Positions 23,862 to 36,900 of a stretch of DNA of 64,000 bases are shown here, piece after piece. Within the stretch, counting starts at the first letter, position 1, and each line of letters starts with the position of its first letter. Source of the DNA: Bispira polyomma (lineage: Eukaryota); contig OZ287756.1 of assembly GCA_965649765.1 (NCBI GenBank), positions 44,950,001 through 45,014,000 on the forward strand. Direction: 5' to 3'. The translations under genes and the position numbers were made by a program. The notes under the pieces are model-generated. The model was not told the DNA's origin. It was given only the letters and a program-made list of their open reading frames with translations, and searched no databases.

Positions 23862-25126
23862 TTATTCAGGATTGACACATATTTTGTCTAATTCGCCTGC
23901 TCGACAACCTTTTGGTCCTGTAGGCCCTGTACTACCAGTTGCACCTTGTGACCCTTTGGAACCTGTTGCGCCTGTGTCTCCTCTAGCTCCTCTACTTCCC
24001 ATGTATCCACTGTACCCTCTGGGTCCTCTAGGCCCTGAAGTACCAGGTGAACCTTTCTGTCCTTTTGGACCCTGAAAACCAGTGTCCCCTTGCATACCAT
24101 CTGGACCTGATACTCCAGGTAATACGCCTTGTTTGCCTGTGTCACCAATATATCCAGTGGAACCAAGTTGTCCCTTAAAGCCTTTATTGCCTGGTAGCCC
24201 ATTGTCACCTTTTGCTCCCTTTTCTCCTGATTGGCCCAGTGAGCCCTTTGTTCCAGCTGGACCTGTTAAGCCTCTTTGTCCAGTACTGCCTTGCTGTCCC
24301 ACAATTCCTGTTATACCTTTAATTCCATTACTTCCTTGTGAACCAGATATTCCTGCATTTCCACTTCTTCCAGTTGGTCCAGTCTGTCCTGACAACCCAA
24401 TGTCTCCTTTATCACCCTTTTGACCAACTGATCCAGTACTTCCAGTGTATCCTATATCACCAATAAGTCCTTTATGTCCTTTTATTCCAGTATATCCTGG
24501 CAGACCAACAGATCCTCTTGGTCCAGGTTTTCCAGTCTGGATTCCATCTAATAAATAAACATAAATTACATGTAATGTTCATGTTAAAAATTGGCCAAAA
24601 TGGTTATCATTTTTAATTTTAAGCTAATTGTTATGAAATGTGGATGTCATTTACTAATACAGATAAAATATAGGTTATATGTATTTCATATTTTATAAAA
24701 GGTAGTCTACACAAATAACATAGCTGACACCAAAAAGGTAAATGCTAACATTAAGTATATATCAAAATAGATAACATAAAATTCATATAGCCAAATGAAA
24801 TCAAATATATTTGTCATTTCAAATAATCATAACTTGTATATTTTATTCAATCTGAATAGTTTTATCATCAAATGTTTTAATTTACATGTATCCCGATTAT
24901 TGGATCACTAATATGCCCACATAAAGTAAGTTAGCCATTGATCAATGAAATGAGTATAAATACCTAAAATGACATATTTTATTTGTGTCCAAGCATTCTT
25001 CATCATCTGTATATCCGATTTTAGCATCTTTACCACATCTCTGCAACCGAGAATCTGGGGTTTTGTGGTGTATTGTCCAAATGTAGATGAAATACAACCA
25101 AAACACAAAACATAGAAAAATAACAT
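23862..25126 (-). CDS. Short secreted collagen, chain B, copy 2 (exons 25126-24964 and 24547-23862; 282 aa)
   Basis: ATG, signal peptide, 416-nt phase-1 GT-AG intron and open Gly-X-Y domain. Confidence 0.92.
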
Positions 25127-25339
25127 TTTTAGCCTATCTTTAAATATAATATTTAACTTTGTCCCGTCCTTACTTACACAGATCTGAATTCTGAATTAAT
25201 GTTTTCAGTCGTCATAAGTGTGTACTATATGATATATTGGCAACTTTCCAAGGTCGTAATATATGTACCAAATATACAAAGAGGAAGACAATTTCTATAT
25301 TGTGGGCCTCAGTTTAAAGAATATAGGGAGACATCAAAC
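25127..25339. promoter_or_regulatory. Putative bidirectional promoter, copy 2
   Basis: 213 bp between divergent ATGs, matching 16605-16817. Confidence 0.6.
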
Positions 25340-26492
25340 ATGTTAAATATGCCTGTTTTTCATATTTTAACAATTTTAACATTATCCTTTGTATTGGTTT
25401 CTAGCCAAAAAACTTTTCAGTGTGGATTATTTATGTGTGACAGCAAAATACAGTACTTGGTTAATAGCATAGATACTTTAAAAAGAGAATGGGCACAGGC
25501 AAAGAAAATGTTATCAGGTATAGTTTTAAATGTACATATTATGAGCTACAATTATAAGTTTAAATATGATGTCAATAAGAAATATTGACAAACCTGTATT
25601 GATAGATTTCTGGCTAATTACTTTTATGTTATAAAATGTTATTTATTGGTTATTATATTATACCTCTCTGTCTGCAAGTGCATATAATAAGTAAGATAAT
25701 GAAGTTTATTCATATAACCCTATTTCTAAAATTTTTCAAATAAAGCAATATTTGCTTCTGATATACTTTACAGTTAGTAAAATGTTCAAAACACTGTATA
25801 ATATTAAATACATTAGACATATTCTATTTTCAGCAGGCAACTTGACGGGGGAGCCTGGACCAGTTGGCTTTGCTGGTCAACTGGGTGCAACAGGCTATAC
25901 TGGAAATGTTGGACAACCCGGTGAAAGAGGCAAGCTTGGAGACACAGGGTATACTGGGGCCACAGGCCCAGATGGGGTTGTTGGAATTAAAGGCCGAGCG
26001 GGTCCTATTGGTGATACCGGATTACATGGGATCAAAGGGTTTCCTGGACAACAAGGTCCTAAAGGGATTAATGGTGATACTGGAGCAACTGGTGCACAGG
26101 GAGCACAAGGTTCCAAGGGACTGTTAGGATCCAAAGGTGAACCAGGTCTTAAAGGATACAGAGGGGTGAAAGGTGGGTCAGGATCAACAGGAGATAAAGG
26201 TCAACAGGGTTCAGAAGGTAGACGTGGCAATAAAGGCATTAAAGGTCCAGATGGAGGAAGAGGTGTGATGGGTCCAATTGGACAGAATGGTGCCAGAGGA
26301 TATTATGGTCCATCAGGTGATAAAGGTCCAGAAGGTGCTCCTGGACCACCAGGCTCTAGGGGTAACCGCGGGAACAATGGGGCTTCAGCCAAGGGCGATA
26401 CTGGTGATACTGGATACACAGGCCCAAGTGGTGAACGTGGAAGTACAGGACACACAGGCTGGCCTGGTCCAGCTGGTAGATATATAAAGTGA
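25340..26492 (+). CDS. Short secreted collagen, chain A, copy 2 (exons 25340-25517 and 25834-26492; about 278 aa)
   Basis: Signal peptide MLNMPVFHILTILTLSFVLVSS, donor cag|gtatag, acceptor tttcag|cag and 70 Gly-X-Y triplets. A further 3' exon cannot be excluded. Confidence 0.9.
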
Positions 26493-29400
26493 GCAATGGA
26501 TTTCTGCAAAAAACGACAGTTCTTATGCTACAGTTGTCACTTATATGTATTAACTTCAAACATGACATTTTGAAATAAATTTAGATTTGTGAGAAAATCC
26601 AGCAGTATAACATCTGATAATGAAAGACAGTTTGATATATATTAACTTTGATTCATGGCGCTTTAATTCAGAGGCCATGTTTAAAATACTGATTATATAT
26701 TTAATTAGTGGTGTCAATTTATATTGAACTCTAATATTCAATTCCAGAAATTTTGATTACTTTAGCAAATAACATGTTTGCTAAAAGAAACAGCTTAACT
26801 TGAAATAGCAATAAATTTTAGATTTATTTGTGTTTTAATATTGCATGATTATTGTCAGATTTTAAATGTTTATCTGTGGAATATTTCTAATAATAAATAC
26901 AAATATGGAAGCAATTTATTGAAATCATGATTAAAATATTTCTTTAAGTGTACCGAATATTAAAAATATAATAAATTGTTTCGCAGAATACTTTTTAAGC
27001 ACCAAAGCCTCACGTTCAAATAAATTGCACCTTGTATCACATCGCATATTGATGTAGCATAATATTTATATGGCTCGCATTTAAGGTTGATTAAAATTGA
27101 AATTTAAGGAAAAGTTTTTTCAAGTTAAAATAGTTAAAGTAATGCAGCCTGTAGCTTTGTTTTAAGTTTTACTATAGGTAATATTTAACAGTTAACGTCA
27201 ATTTAAATTAATTTTAAATTTTAAAAAAGAATAATTAAAAAAACTAACATGTCTGTTGATCACATCCATAAATCTGGGTTTTTCGCTATTGATATGGTTT
27301 GCAGCATTTATTTTTAAAAGTGTGGCCCAATCACTCCCAAAGTTTTTGACATGACTGGAAATAGAAAATAGGGAAGTTTTTAAAAATAATAATTGTAAGC
27401 ATAAACTCTGATTATTGATATTATCTTGCCATACTTTGCCATGGGGAATTGTGATGTTCAGTAATGTGTAAATGTATCATCTCTAGAATATGGGCCTCGG
27501 GATATTATTTTATGTGGCAGTAATTAAGTCTAATGCCATTTTGTCTGCAGCTGATATTGCGATTAGAAAACTTCATTTCCAGAACAGCTGTTTCATATTA
27601 TATTAAGTTATTATTGTCTTGAAGTTAAGTCACATGCTACTTCTTAAAATATGAAAATAACAAAGGTAACCCTTAAGAGGAAAAAGAGTTTTTTAATGTA
27701 TCAGATCATTGAATTGTGAATGCAATGATGTCAATTCGATGTTTTCTAATCGTAACAATAACCATGTAAATAATTTGATTCAAAATAAAATTACCAGTAA
27801 CATACACATTTGGATATAATTAGGTATGTTTACCAGTGTACACATTGTCAATAATGTCAATTAAAATTAATGCCTGTCAAAACTTCCTTGTCTTTTAAAA
27901 TACCGCTATGTATGTTTGTCTGCGTCGGTTTGCATAAGGAATATTTGTGCGCCTGATTGACATTTGTTGATGGCTTTAATTGTAATTTAATCCTACTTTG
28001 AGGTGACTTAAAACGTTTGTATTAGTTTATGTTTACGACAGCTTAATTAAAATGGCATAATCAATGTTACTGTTCATACATCTCCACGATCTTTTGTTCA
28101 CCCAAAGTTATTGGAATCAGTGACAATTAAACAAACTAATCAAATTTATAATAAATATTTGTACCAATACAGTTGATCACACTCTAGTCCCCTTAACCAA
28201 AAGATTTATCGATGCCAAATATATATTTAATCAAGTTGGGAATCCTAACCGAGAGCATATAACAGGTATAATTGGTAAAGGCCGTGGGGTCAACTCTCGA
28301 AGTTTGTCATGTACTTTGTTGTAGGTTGTTGCTTTACAGTACAAATATTCAGTGAACATTGATTTTGGTTGGTTGTACCTTTGGTAGCACATATATCACC
28401 TAAAGTCAGAGTAGATAAGATTGCTGATTTCCACCACCAATAAATCCTGCTGCCAAATATATTGCAATAATAAATTAAAATATATATCATGAAAATATTG
28501 AATCTTATATTTAATATAATTAATACAATAATAATAATAAATATTATTCATTAGATATAGCACATTTTGAACATCACTGTTATCAAATGCGCTTTGACAT
28601 TATTACCCCAGCCTGGGTTCTACCACTTGTCAACCAATTGTTCAGTCTCAGCTCCCTCAGGAAGCATAGTAGCCGTGCAGCCACATATGGCACAAGTCTG
28701 AAAACACCCATTAGAACCGTGGCTCTGAGATCACTCAGATCAAAAGCCCGACAGTCTAACCGCTCATTATAAGAGAGTACTAAAGCTTGTTGAATTAAAT
28801 TTTTCATTTTCATTCCTCTTTTTGCATTTTACAACCCTGAGAGTAATTTAACTGAAATGTTTAAATGTGTTTAAAGAGTGAAAGATTTGTTGGAACTAAA
28901 ATTGGAAAACTGCAATTATTTTATTAAATGGGTGTTGGTATTAAAGTGCCTATCATTATAACAATTCAGTAAACAATTATCTTGCGATAAGTTAAAGATT
29001 CAGTAAAGCAAGGAAAGATATACATTCATTGGGGTGTACAACGCCATGTTTTCATGTTACCCAAAAGCTGTGAGATTTTGGCATCTCATATGCTATGTTT
29101 TCGAAAAGCCTTTTTAATGCAAATGCAAAGTCTACAAAGATTTGTGTGGATATAACATACACATTTAAAGTATTTTCTGTGTATATTTATGTACATCAAT
29201 TTTCATTGAATTATTTTGTCCTATTATTAAATTATTCTAGTCGGCTTTTAAACATTTAGTTTAAAAAACATCAATGCAATTTTTCTTCACAGAATATGAT
29301 ATTATAGAAAGATGTGTTTGCAAATTTTATTCTATATTTTATTTTTATAATAAAACAAACAAGGCATTTAGGGAAACATCTATGTTACAACATACTATAT

Positions 29401-29699
29401 ACACAGGAGATACCATAACGTTACCATGAAAGATTCCTACTGTTTCCTAACCCAAAGCATTGTATTTAATCTTCACATCCCTTTAAATGGTTCAGTACTA
29501 TATATATATTGCTGACTGGCTAAAAGAGACCCACCACAAAGATAAGCTTTTGCCACCCGAAATGGTTTGTTTGTGTTTAATGTAATCGTCGTTGTACAGA
29601 ATTGTCGGCACTTACAATTATACAATCATTCATTGTCCTGCAAACTTCATGGTAATGACGATGCACCATCAAGAAGGGCATAATTAAAAGCACGGAATA

Positions 29700-30480
29700 G
29701 TAGTAAGGACAATCAGTAGTGACACAACAGGTGATGGAACATAATTTGAATAATGGATTCAGTGTTACACATCAGATGATTGAAAAAGCCAGTCACAAAA
29801 CAAAGACTCGTCATTGATTTTTGGAAGAATAAAGGTGTCAAGCCATCCTGGCATGATATTTTAAGATATTCTGCCACCCTTAAAAGTTACTGGTCACAAT
29901 GGGACAAGGAGATTTGCTTACAAGCCTTTACTGTTGCTAAAGCACTGTATGACGCCATTTTAAACAGTTCCTATTCCATTCAAAAGGTGTCAGCACTAGT
30001 GTTTTTATAACTGCCAGCTTCTTTATTTTATCCCAAATATCAATCCACACAGGGATATAGAGTAAAAGTCATAATACCATCATTAAAGGACCTTGCACAA
30101 GGTCTATGGGACAGGCTACATATCAGGAAAATACTATTGCACAGTGAATGAATTAATCCATAAATCCATCACATTTGTGGCCAACTTGTAGTACCTCGAA
30201 ATAACATCAATAAGGCAAGATTTGTTTCAGTTGTATGGACAAAAAAAAAATGGTCAGGTAATTTTGGTATCAGGAGGACTATTGGTCGTGTGAGAAGAAG
30301 ATTCTACTGGGTAGGATATAAAGCTGATATTCAGAAATGTTGTCAGTCATGTCAAGAATGCCAGAGACGTAAGTCTTCAAACAAAAAGGCCCTATATTCT
30401 ATGATGTAGTATCTGGTAGGAGCTTCCATGTAAAGGAAAGCTTTAGATATCCTATCTCCACTATCTGAGAGCCACTTGGA
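29700..30480 (+). mobile_element. Decayed Gypsy pol fragment running into the integrase zinc-binding region
   Basis: FGIRRTIGRVRRRFYWVGYKADIQKCCQSCQECQRRK near 30263-30373. Confidence 0.85.
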
Positions 30481-30699
30481 ACTGATTATTGTGTCAAATG
30501 TATTTAACAAATATTAGTTTTGATGTCACATATATGCGTTTATCAATTTCAGAATAAAGTGATTTTGTTTATTTTGGTCTGTTTTTTTTCCTCTGAGAAA
30601 ATGTTGAACCCCTTTGCACATTATATTATGGTAGAGTGATAGGGGATAGCAATTTTGTAAAGCAGTGGAGGTGTGAGTAGATAAAATGGATAGATAGAA

Positions 30700-31585
30700 G
30701 AGTGGAATGGCATACTTAAAATAATTCAGATAGGTGATAAGTTACTTTTGGGACTCAACTGGCAGACCCCTCCTAGATCGTGCTATGCACAGTTCCATGA
30801 AGTATGATGGATGTGACCTTAGGGGCAGGGTGAAATATATGTTTGCCCATTTAAATGTGTACACGTTAGGTTTCTACACGCATATAGTAAAGTCTAATCG
30901 TAATACTAAATTGTAACCTTGGTAAGATTAGAAATACACACATGCCACACTAGGCCTACATAATGATATGGAATGGTGGACACAAATGTGAGTGGGAATA
31001 CTGATGCTTGGTAGGAGGAATGTTGCAGGAGAACCCATGCAGTTGAATAACGCCTGAGTTCATGATAGATGGTGTGTTGAAGGGATACATTATTACTAAG
31101 TGCTACAGATGCACCAAATCTGTAGAGGATAGTGAAGCCAGGATAATTATAGTCTACCCCTAAATGTTGGATGACTGTTTTGAGAGCAGATCGGATGTCG
31201 GAATCTAAAATGGGATGATGAGAGGCAAGACAAGGGATAAAAACAGTGGGCCATTAGAGCTAAACTGCCTGGAATATAACAATTGTATCAAAGCAACAAC
31301 GGGGTGCATAAATTGTTATGCAGAAGTGTGAGCAGGACTATGTGTCTTTTGGACCTAATCTACATATTTTGGCCAACTTTATGATGAGATGAGCCCGAAG
31401 GGTGGCCAAAGACTACATCCTGATGTAACAAGTCCTGAAATGGGGAGCAATTTTGAACATCCTTAAGAAGCCGAAGAAAGCTACCAGGAAGTCAACTCTG
31501 TATAGCTTAGGATCGTTAAAGATGGAGAGTATTTTAGAAATATTTTCAAGATGGTGGATGTCAAAGATACCTTTCTTGAGGGGTT
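30700..31585 (-). mobile_element. Decayed Ngaro-like 3' fragment (YR plus internal repeat junction)
   Basis: The reverse strand reads FLVAFFGFLR..IAPH and DVVFGHP. Downstream ggaactg|tgcatagcacgatc matches the joined ends of the intact element. Confidence 0.85.
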
Positions 31586-31829
31586 TAAAGTTAAAGTCAA
31601 AGAGAGACTACAAAAGAAGTTTAAATTACAAAAATTTAAATTCTGTTTAAATTTTAAATAAAATTTTAAAGTTTAAATTTTGAAAATGGTTTAAATTATA
31701 TTTTGAAAATATAGACTCAAGGGCAGCCACGTGTTTATTGACCACCCTTTTTATTATTATTTTAGATTTTTAACGTGTTTTATTGATGCTAGGCATCTTC
31801 TAAAGCACAACAGCAGAATCATTAGTCCA

Positions 31830-32185
31830 ATCATTAAGTCCATGGAAATAGCAAAGTTGTAAGGAGGGAAGTGGGAGCGTGCATGAGGAAAGCTAATGTG
31901 GTAAGATTCAAAAGATAGGTTTTAAGGTTTTTCCTAAAACCGATAAGTGTGTCAACTGATCTGAGGTCAACTGGGAGACTGTTACATAACCGTGGAGCTG
32001 TAGTGGAGAACGCTCTGAAACCCGCCTTTCTGATTGGTCTGACCAAAGTGACGGAGAGTTTGTTGCCTCTCTTGCGGTTACTAAAGGAAAGAAGGGAGGC
32101 AAGATAGGGTGGTTGTTGAGTGACTACAGCCTTAAAAGTGGCAATGTGAATCTCAAACAAAATTCGAGATTTAATGGGCACCCTG
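31830..32185 (-). mobile_element. 3' end of an L2/CR1-group LINE ORF2
   Basis: PIKSRILF...PPYLASLL...GFRAFSTTAPRLCNSLPVDLR...FRKNLKTYL. Confidence 0.85.
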
Positions 32186-33191
32186 TGGGAAATGTTGTGG
32201 GCTAGAAACAGTAGAATAGAATGACCCCATGACCTGCTTCAGGCCCGAATAATGAACAAAAGCTAAACTATGACATGTAAGCACTGGCGGTTTAAGGCCC
32301 CAGATAAGAGTTGATAATCTGTATGGCAGCTGGGCTCAACAGGATAGTAAATGGTGCTGAACTTACAATAGGCCAATTCAGAATTTTGAGTGTGCATGTC
32401 CAATTCGGGATAAATAATAGCATGTGTGAACGATAACAACATTTTCAAGTATTTTCAAATCTTGCAAAATCCGGCAACTTCCTTCCACTTTAGATTTTCA
32501 AAATAAATGAAAACAATTAATATAGAGCACTAATATAGGTAATCTTGATATCCTAAGAAATGTTTTGATGGGAACTTCTTGATAATAAGCTAAATTTACA
32601 ATAATTGTATGTTATTAGTCTACAAGTCAAAATTCCCAAGCTCACACTATTTCCAAGCTCATGACCAATTTCGCATTTTGTTGATTTGTGGCAAAGTCAT
32701 ATTTGACTTTTTTATATGATAGATGATTCAATTATTCTTTAGAATTTATACCACAATTCTTTAACACTTTATTAATCTCACACATACAGGTTAACACATT
32801 GAGCTACACTTGTGAATCTATAAAATTAGTCTTGTTATTTATTTACAAAAGAGTTCCCAGTTCTTCCTTTCTCACTAATTCCGAGAATAGCTATGCTACA
32901 GGCAGATATTTATGAAGAACATTTTTAAGGACATTGTCACTAAGCAATACTTGTACATCCCTTTATAACTCCGTCATAATATACAACACTTCCCAAAGAT
33001 ACCAAGGCACTGCATATCACACATAAACTTTAGTGCAATATCCAGCCAAGGCAGGTCCAGCAGCGATGCGGTTCATCCAATCTAGAATGAAATCAGTGAG
33101 GCAGACCAAAGTGTAATTTCATTTCCATGCCATATCCTATCTTGACATATGATACCACCTTAAAATACATGAAAGTTTCAATTTTAGTACA

Positions 33192-33195
<4 letters not shown>

Positions 33196-33271
<76 letters not shown>
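33196..33271. repeat. (AT)n microsatellite
   Basis: Perfect AT dinucleotide run of about 76 bp. Confidence 0.99.
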
Positions 33272-33274
<3 letters not shown>

Positions 33275-33963
33275 TGTTACTTATTCTAACCTAATAAGGT
33301 ACATTATGGGTGGGTGGGGAAAAAGAGATGTTCCTCCTTTGCTCGCTACCTTCACACTGACCAGCATTTTCGAACCCCAACTTTCCTGACCCACTATTAC
33401 CCACACGGTTGAACTGCAGACAGAGTCTGCCTATTCATATGTATATGTATATCTTGTTTTAACAGTCTGTGTATTACGAAGGCGAAGGTCAATGTTGAAA
33501 TTTCTCAAGTTAGTTGATTTTTGTTTTGATTCACCCGTGTGGCTTACTCACCACATACACAGTGTACAAGTCAAAATTCCAAAGCTCACGCTGCCGAAGC
33601 TTATGACTAATTTAACAATTTGAGCAGTATATTTTTGACTTTTATACACTTGTATAAGATTGCAAGAATCACCGACCATCTATTGATTCTTGATTTTGTA
33701 CCATTCAGAACAAAAGAATTTCATTTGGTATTGTATCAGTCATTCTGTCAGGCCACTCATCGTATATATTGCAAGAACGAGCCAATAAAATGTAAAAAAT
33801 TGACATGTCATTATTAGTTGTCTATGATCTATTATAATTACAAACTGTGATGGTTGATAATTATTGATGTACACAATTACTGTTACATGAAATAGTTTAC
33901 TCTCCTGGGACAGTTAAAATAATTGCTATTTCCTTTCAGCGTATTCTCTACAATCAAGCCAAA

Positions 33964-36900
33964 ATGTCAAACCAAGAAATATTAGGGATATGGTAAAGTC
34001 AGTTACAAAGCTTTGTATATATAATTTCTTGTGTTGTATGTTACATCAGATTAACATAGGATATAATAGTCGATTTAGGTATGTAATATATTCACAATTA
34101 TTCTTAGATCATTCAGCAGTCTTTATTGGGTATTTAAAGTCCTATTTGAATAATAGTATATCAATTCAGTACTTGTAACTGGCATTTCCCCAACTGCAGA
34201 AATAGGCTTGAGGATGAGCATTTACCAAGAAATAAATATCTCACCAAAAGCCCCAACATCTGTACTTAGTTGTTTATTTATTTTTATTGATAAAGTGCAA
34301 TTGTACTTACTGTTCATAACAATGCTCTTTTGTTTTGTTTCTTATTATTTTAGCAATGTACATGTATTTTTACATACATTAAAAAATCATGTTTTACATT
34401 TTACATCATTTTCCACACTCCGAAGTTCAGTAGCAGATGAGGTAAGTCAGGTCTCAGAAAGAGATGGGATATAAAAGTTTATTTTAAAATTTAAAACATT
34501 ATTTCTAAAAGACAGAGGAGTATCATTGTGACTATATGAGTACATTATGTATATAGTACTTTAAGATATTTATCAACTTATCATTATTAGAGATATTTTG
34601 ATATAGCAAAGCCCACTTTGTGTAAGCGAGAAATGTATATAGTTTACATAGAATGTACATATTGGTGCTGTACAATAAAATCTCTTTTCAACATGTGTTT
34701 AGTTGTATATTTTACTGTAAAATTACCCTAGCAGGCGCCAATGAACATTGATAAAGATTAAGTTTCACAGTATGAGAAAGGGATAAATGTAAATGTAACC
34801 CACCAAACTACCTCACAACCCTTATGAAACATGCTCTAGAACCCTACTCTGTGAACCTACACACAAGTAAATCATTAATAATATTGAACACTTTTTGAGC
34901 CGAACTTGAGCAATCTTTTGAGAGTAATAAGTGTAAATCAATAGGATCCAGGGAGATAACTACTCACTCACTGACCAAAGTGTTAACTTTGAGGAGTATT
35001 AAGGCCAACAACATATAAAGTATTGTTTAGCGCCATGCCAGACATTAAATGTGGTGCTATATGTGTTGTCATAGAATTTGAAGTTTGAGAAAGCCCACTA
35101 AAATTGATGTGTCTTTGTTTTATTTTAACATTAGACAGTCTTTTCACAATCCATTATCCCTTATCTGTGATGGTAGTTGAAAAAACTGAAAGCTCTGTTA
35201 CCATATAATGCAAGCTTGAATCTTGGTTCCACTAATAGGTTTTTGTTCCCGATCTAAAAAATCTAGTAGGTATTTAGTGTTCCAGAAGATCAGTAGATGA
35301 TCCATGCCATCTAGGCCTCTCTCATGCGGAGGTAATGAGTGAAGCTGAAATAGGGTTTAAATGACGTGATCAGACCATATCTTGTTTATTAAAAATTATT
35401 CGTACAATTTTAACCAGGCTGCACACCCATATCCTTTTAAGAGGTCATATAACATGCTATTTCTGTAGTCCAGACGTGAAGTTATGAGGACATGTACAAC
35501 TAATTGTGTAGCTTCTGTAGTAACATTAGGTCTGAATATGGATAAGTCATCCTCAGTTTTTGGTCTACTCAAAAGCCCAGATTATATGCACTTCTACTGC
35601 TTTTTATTTCAGTGTCACTGACTTTCAGTGTTGTTTCACCATCTTAGACCTCTGACAAGTCCTTAAGTATTAATGTGTAATTATTCATTAAACAACTGAT
35701 CTTCTCTCTAGTGATAATACCAAGAATTGATACGGCACAAATGCTACCAATTAAAATTGATTACAAACATTTTTTACAATAAATTATTTTAAATTAATAT
35801 ATTTTCATTATACAGCCAGGTCATATGAAGATGAAACTTGGTCCAGGATAGGTTGTCTATTTCATTCAACCAGCTATATTGCTATACATATGTGAATGAT
35901 ATGAAATGAAAGGCCTCTATCTTGTGAGCTTAAATATTTGTGTGTGTTTAATGCAAGTATACATACACATACGTTGTTTCAGGTACACATTGACGAACTA
36001 TGAAACAGAATATATTACGTGAAGTGAGCTGTATTTGCAAACAAAGAATAACGTGAGTTTGTTATAGTTTATTCTACCATTTTAATGTCTATTTAACATA
36101 GAATAATTGCACACAATACATGTATATTTTGAAAACTACCTTAGTTCTATATGTAATGACCAAGACTTGTACATGCAGATGTATAAAAGATTTTTAAAGT
36201 TTTTTCAGAGTTGTATTCCTAGTACTATGTCATCATTACTTGTGCTAAGTTGACTTTGTCAGGGAATATTTCTAATGTAAGCAATAATATAAATAATGTC
36301 AAAAATGGTCAATACTGGTAAAGATGAACTTGTTCAGACTTACAGTGACCAGATTTTTAAGACCTGTAGAAATGGTATGAATGAGACAAATGAATTTCAT
36401 ATTATAGAAAATATTAAGGACTTACTGTATCTAAGGGATAACAACACTACAAGATTTACAAGGTATGAAATAAATGTTATGCTAAAATATCTATGTGAAG
36501 ATCAATTTTGAATTGTACCTTTAAAGTTACCTGCTCTTTTCTATATATACTTACTGTGCTGTTATAAATAGTTTGTCTGTTTTTTGTCTGTTTGACTATG
36601 TACTACGAGAACGAAAAATAAATTATTATTATTAAGACTTCTCATCCAATAAATCCATTAAAGTAGCATCAAAAAACTTTCAAAAAAAGTCGAATAAGTC
36701 ACACAAATCTACATAGACTAAACAAATTTATGTTATTTTAGCGCCAAGGTGGTTGTCCCGGGATTTCTACTGATAACCTGTCTCCTCTTCATTGTTGACA
36801 ATGTATACACAACAAATAAGAACACCCCACCCTGTCGATGTTTACATAACAAGGTCAAGGATGACCTCACACTTCCGGTAGTGTATGTCATCACTCCCAC

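Larger units (their letters stand above)
20741..29235 (+). repeat. Young tandem segmental duplication, copy 2 (about 8.5 kb)
   Basis: Same gene and repeat order as copy 1 but without the YR element. More diverged homology continues on both sides (about 3.1-6.5 kb and 29.2-30.1 kb). Confidence 0.9.
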
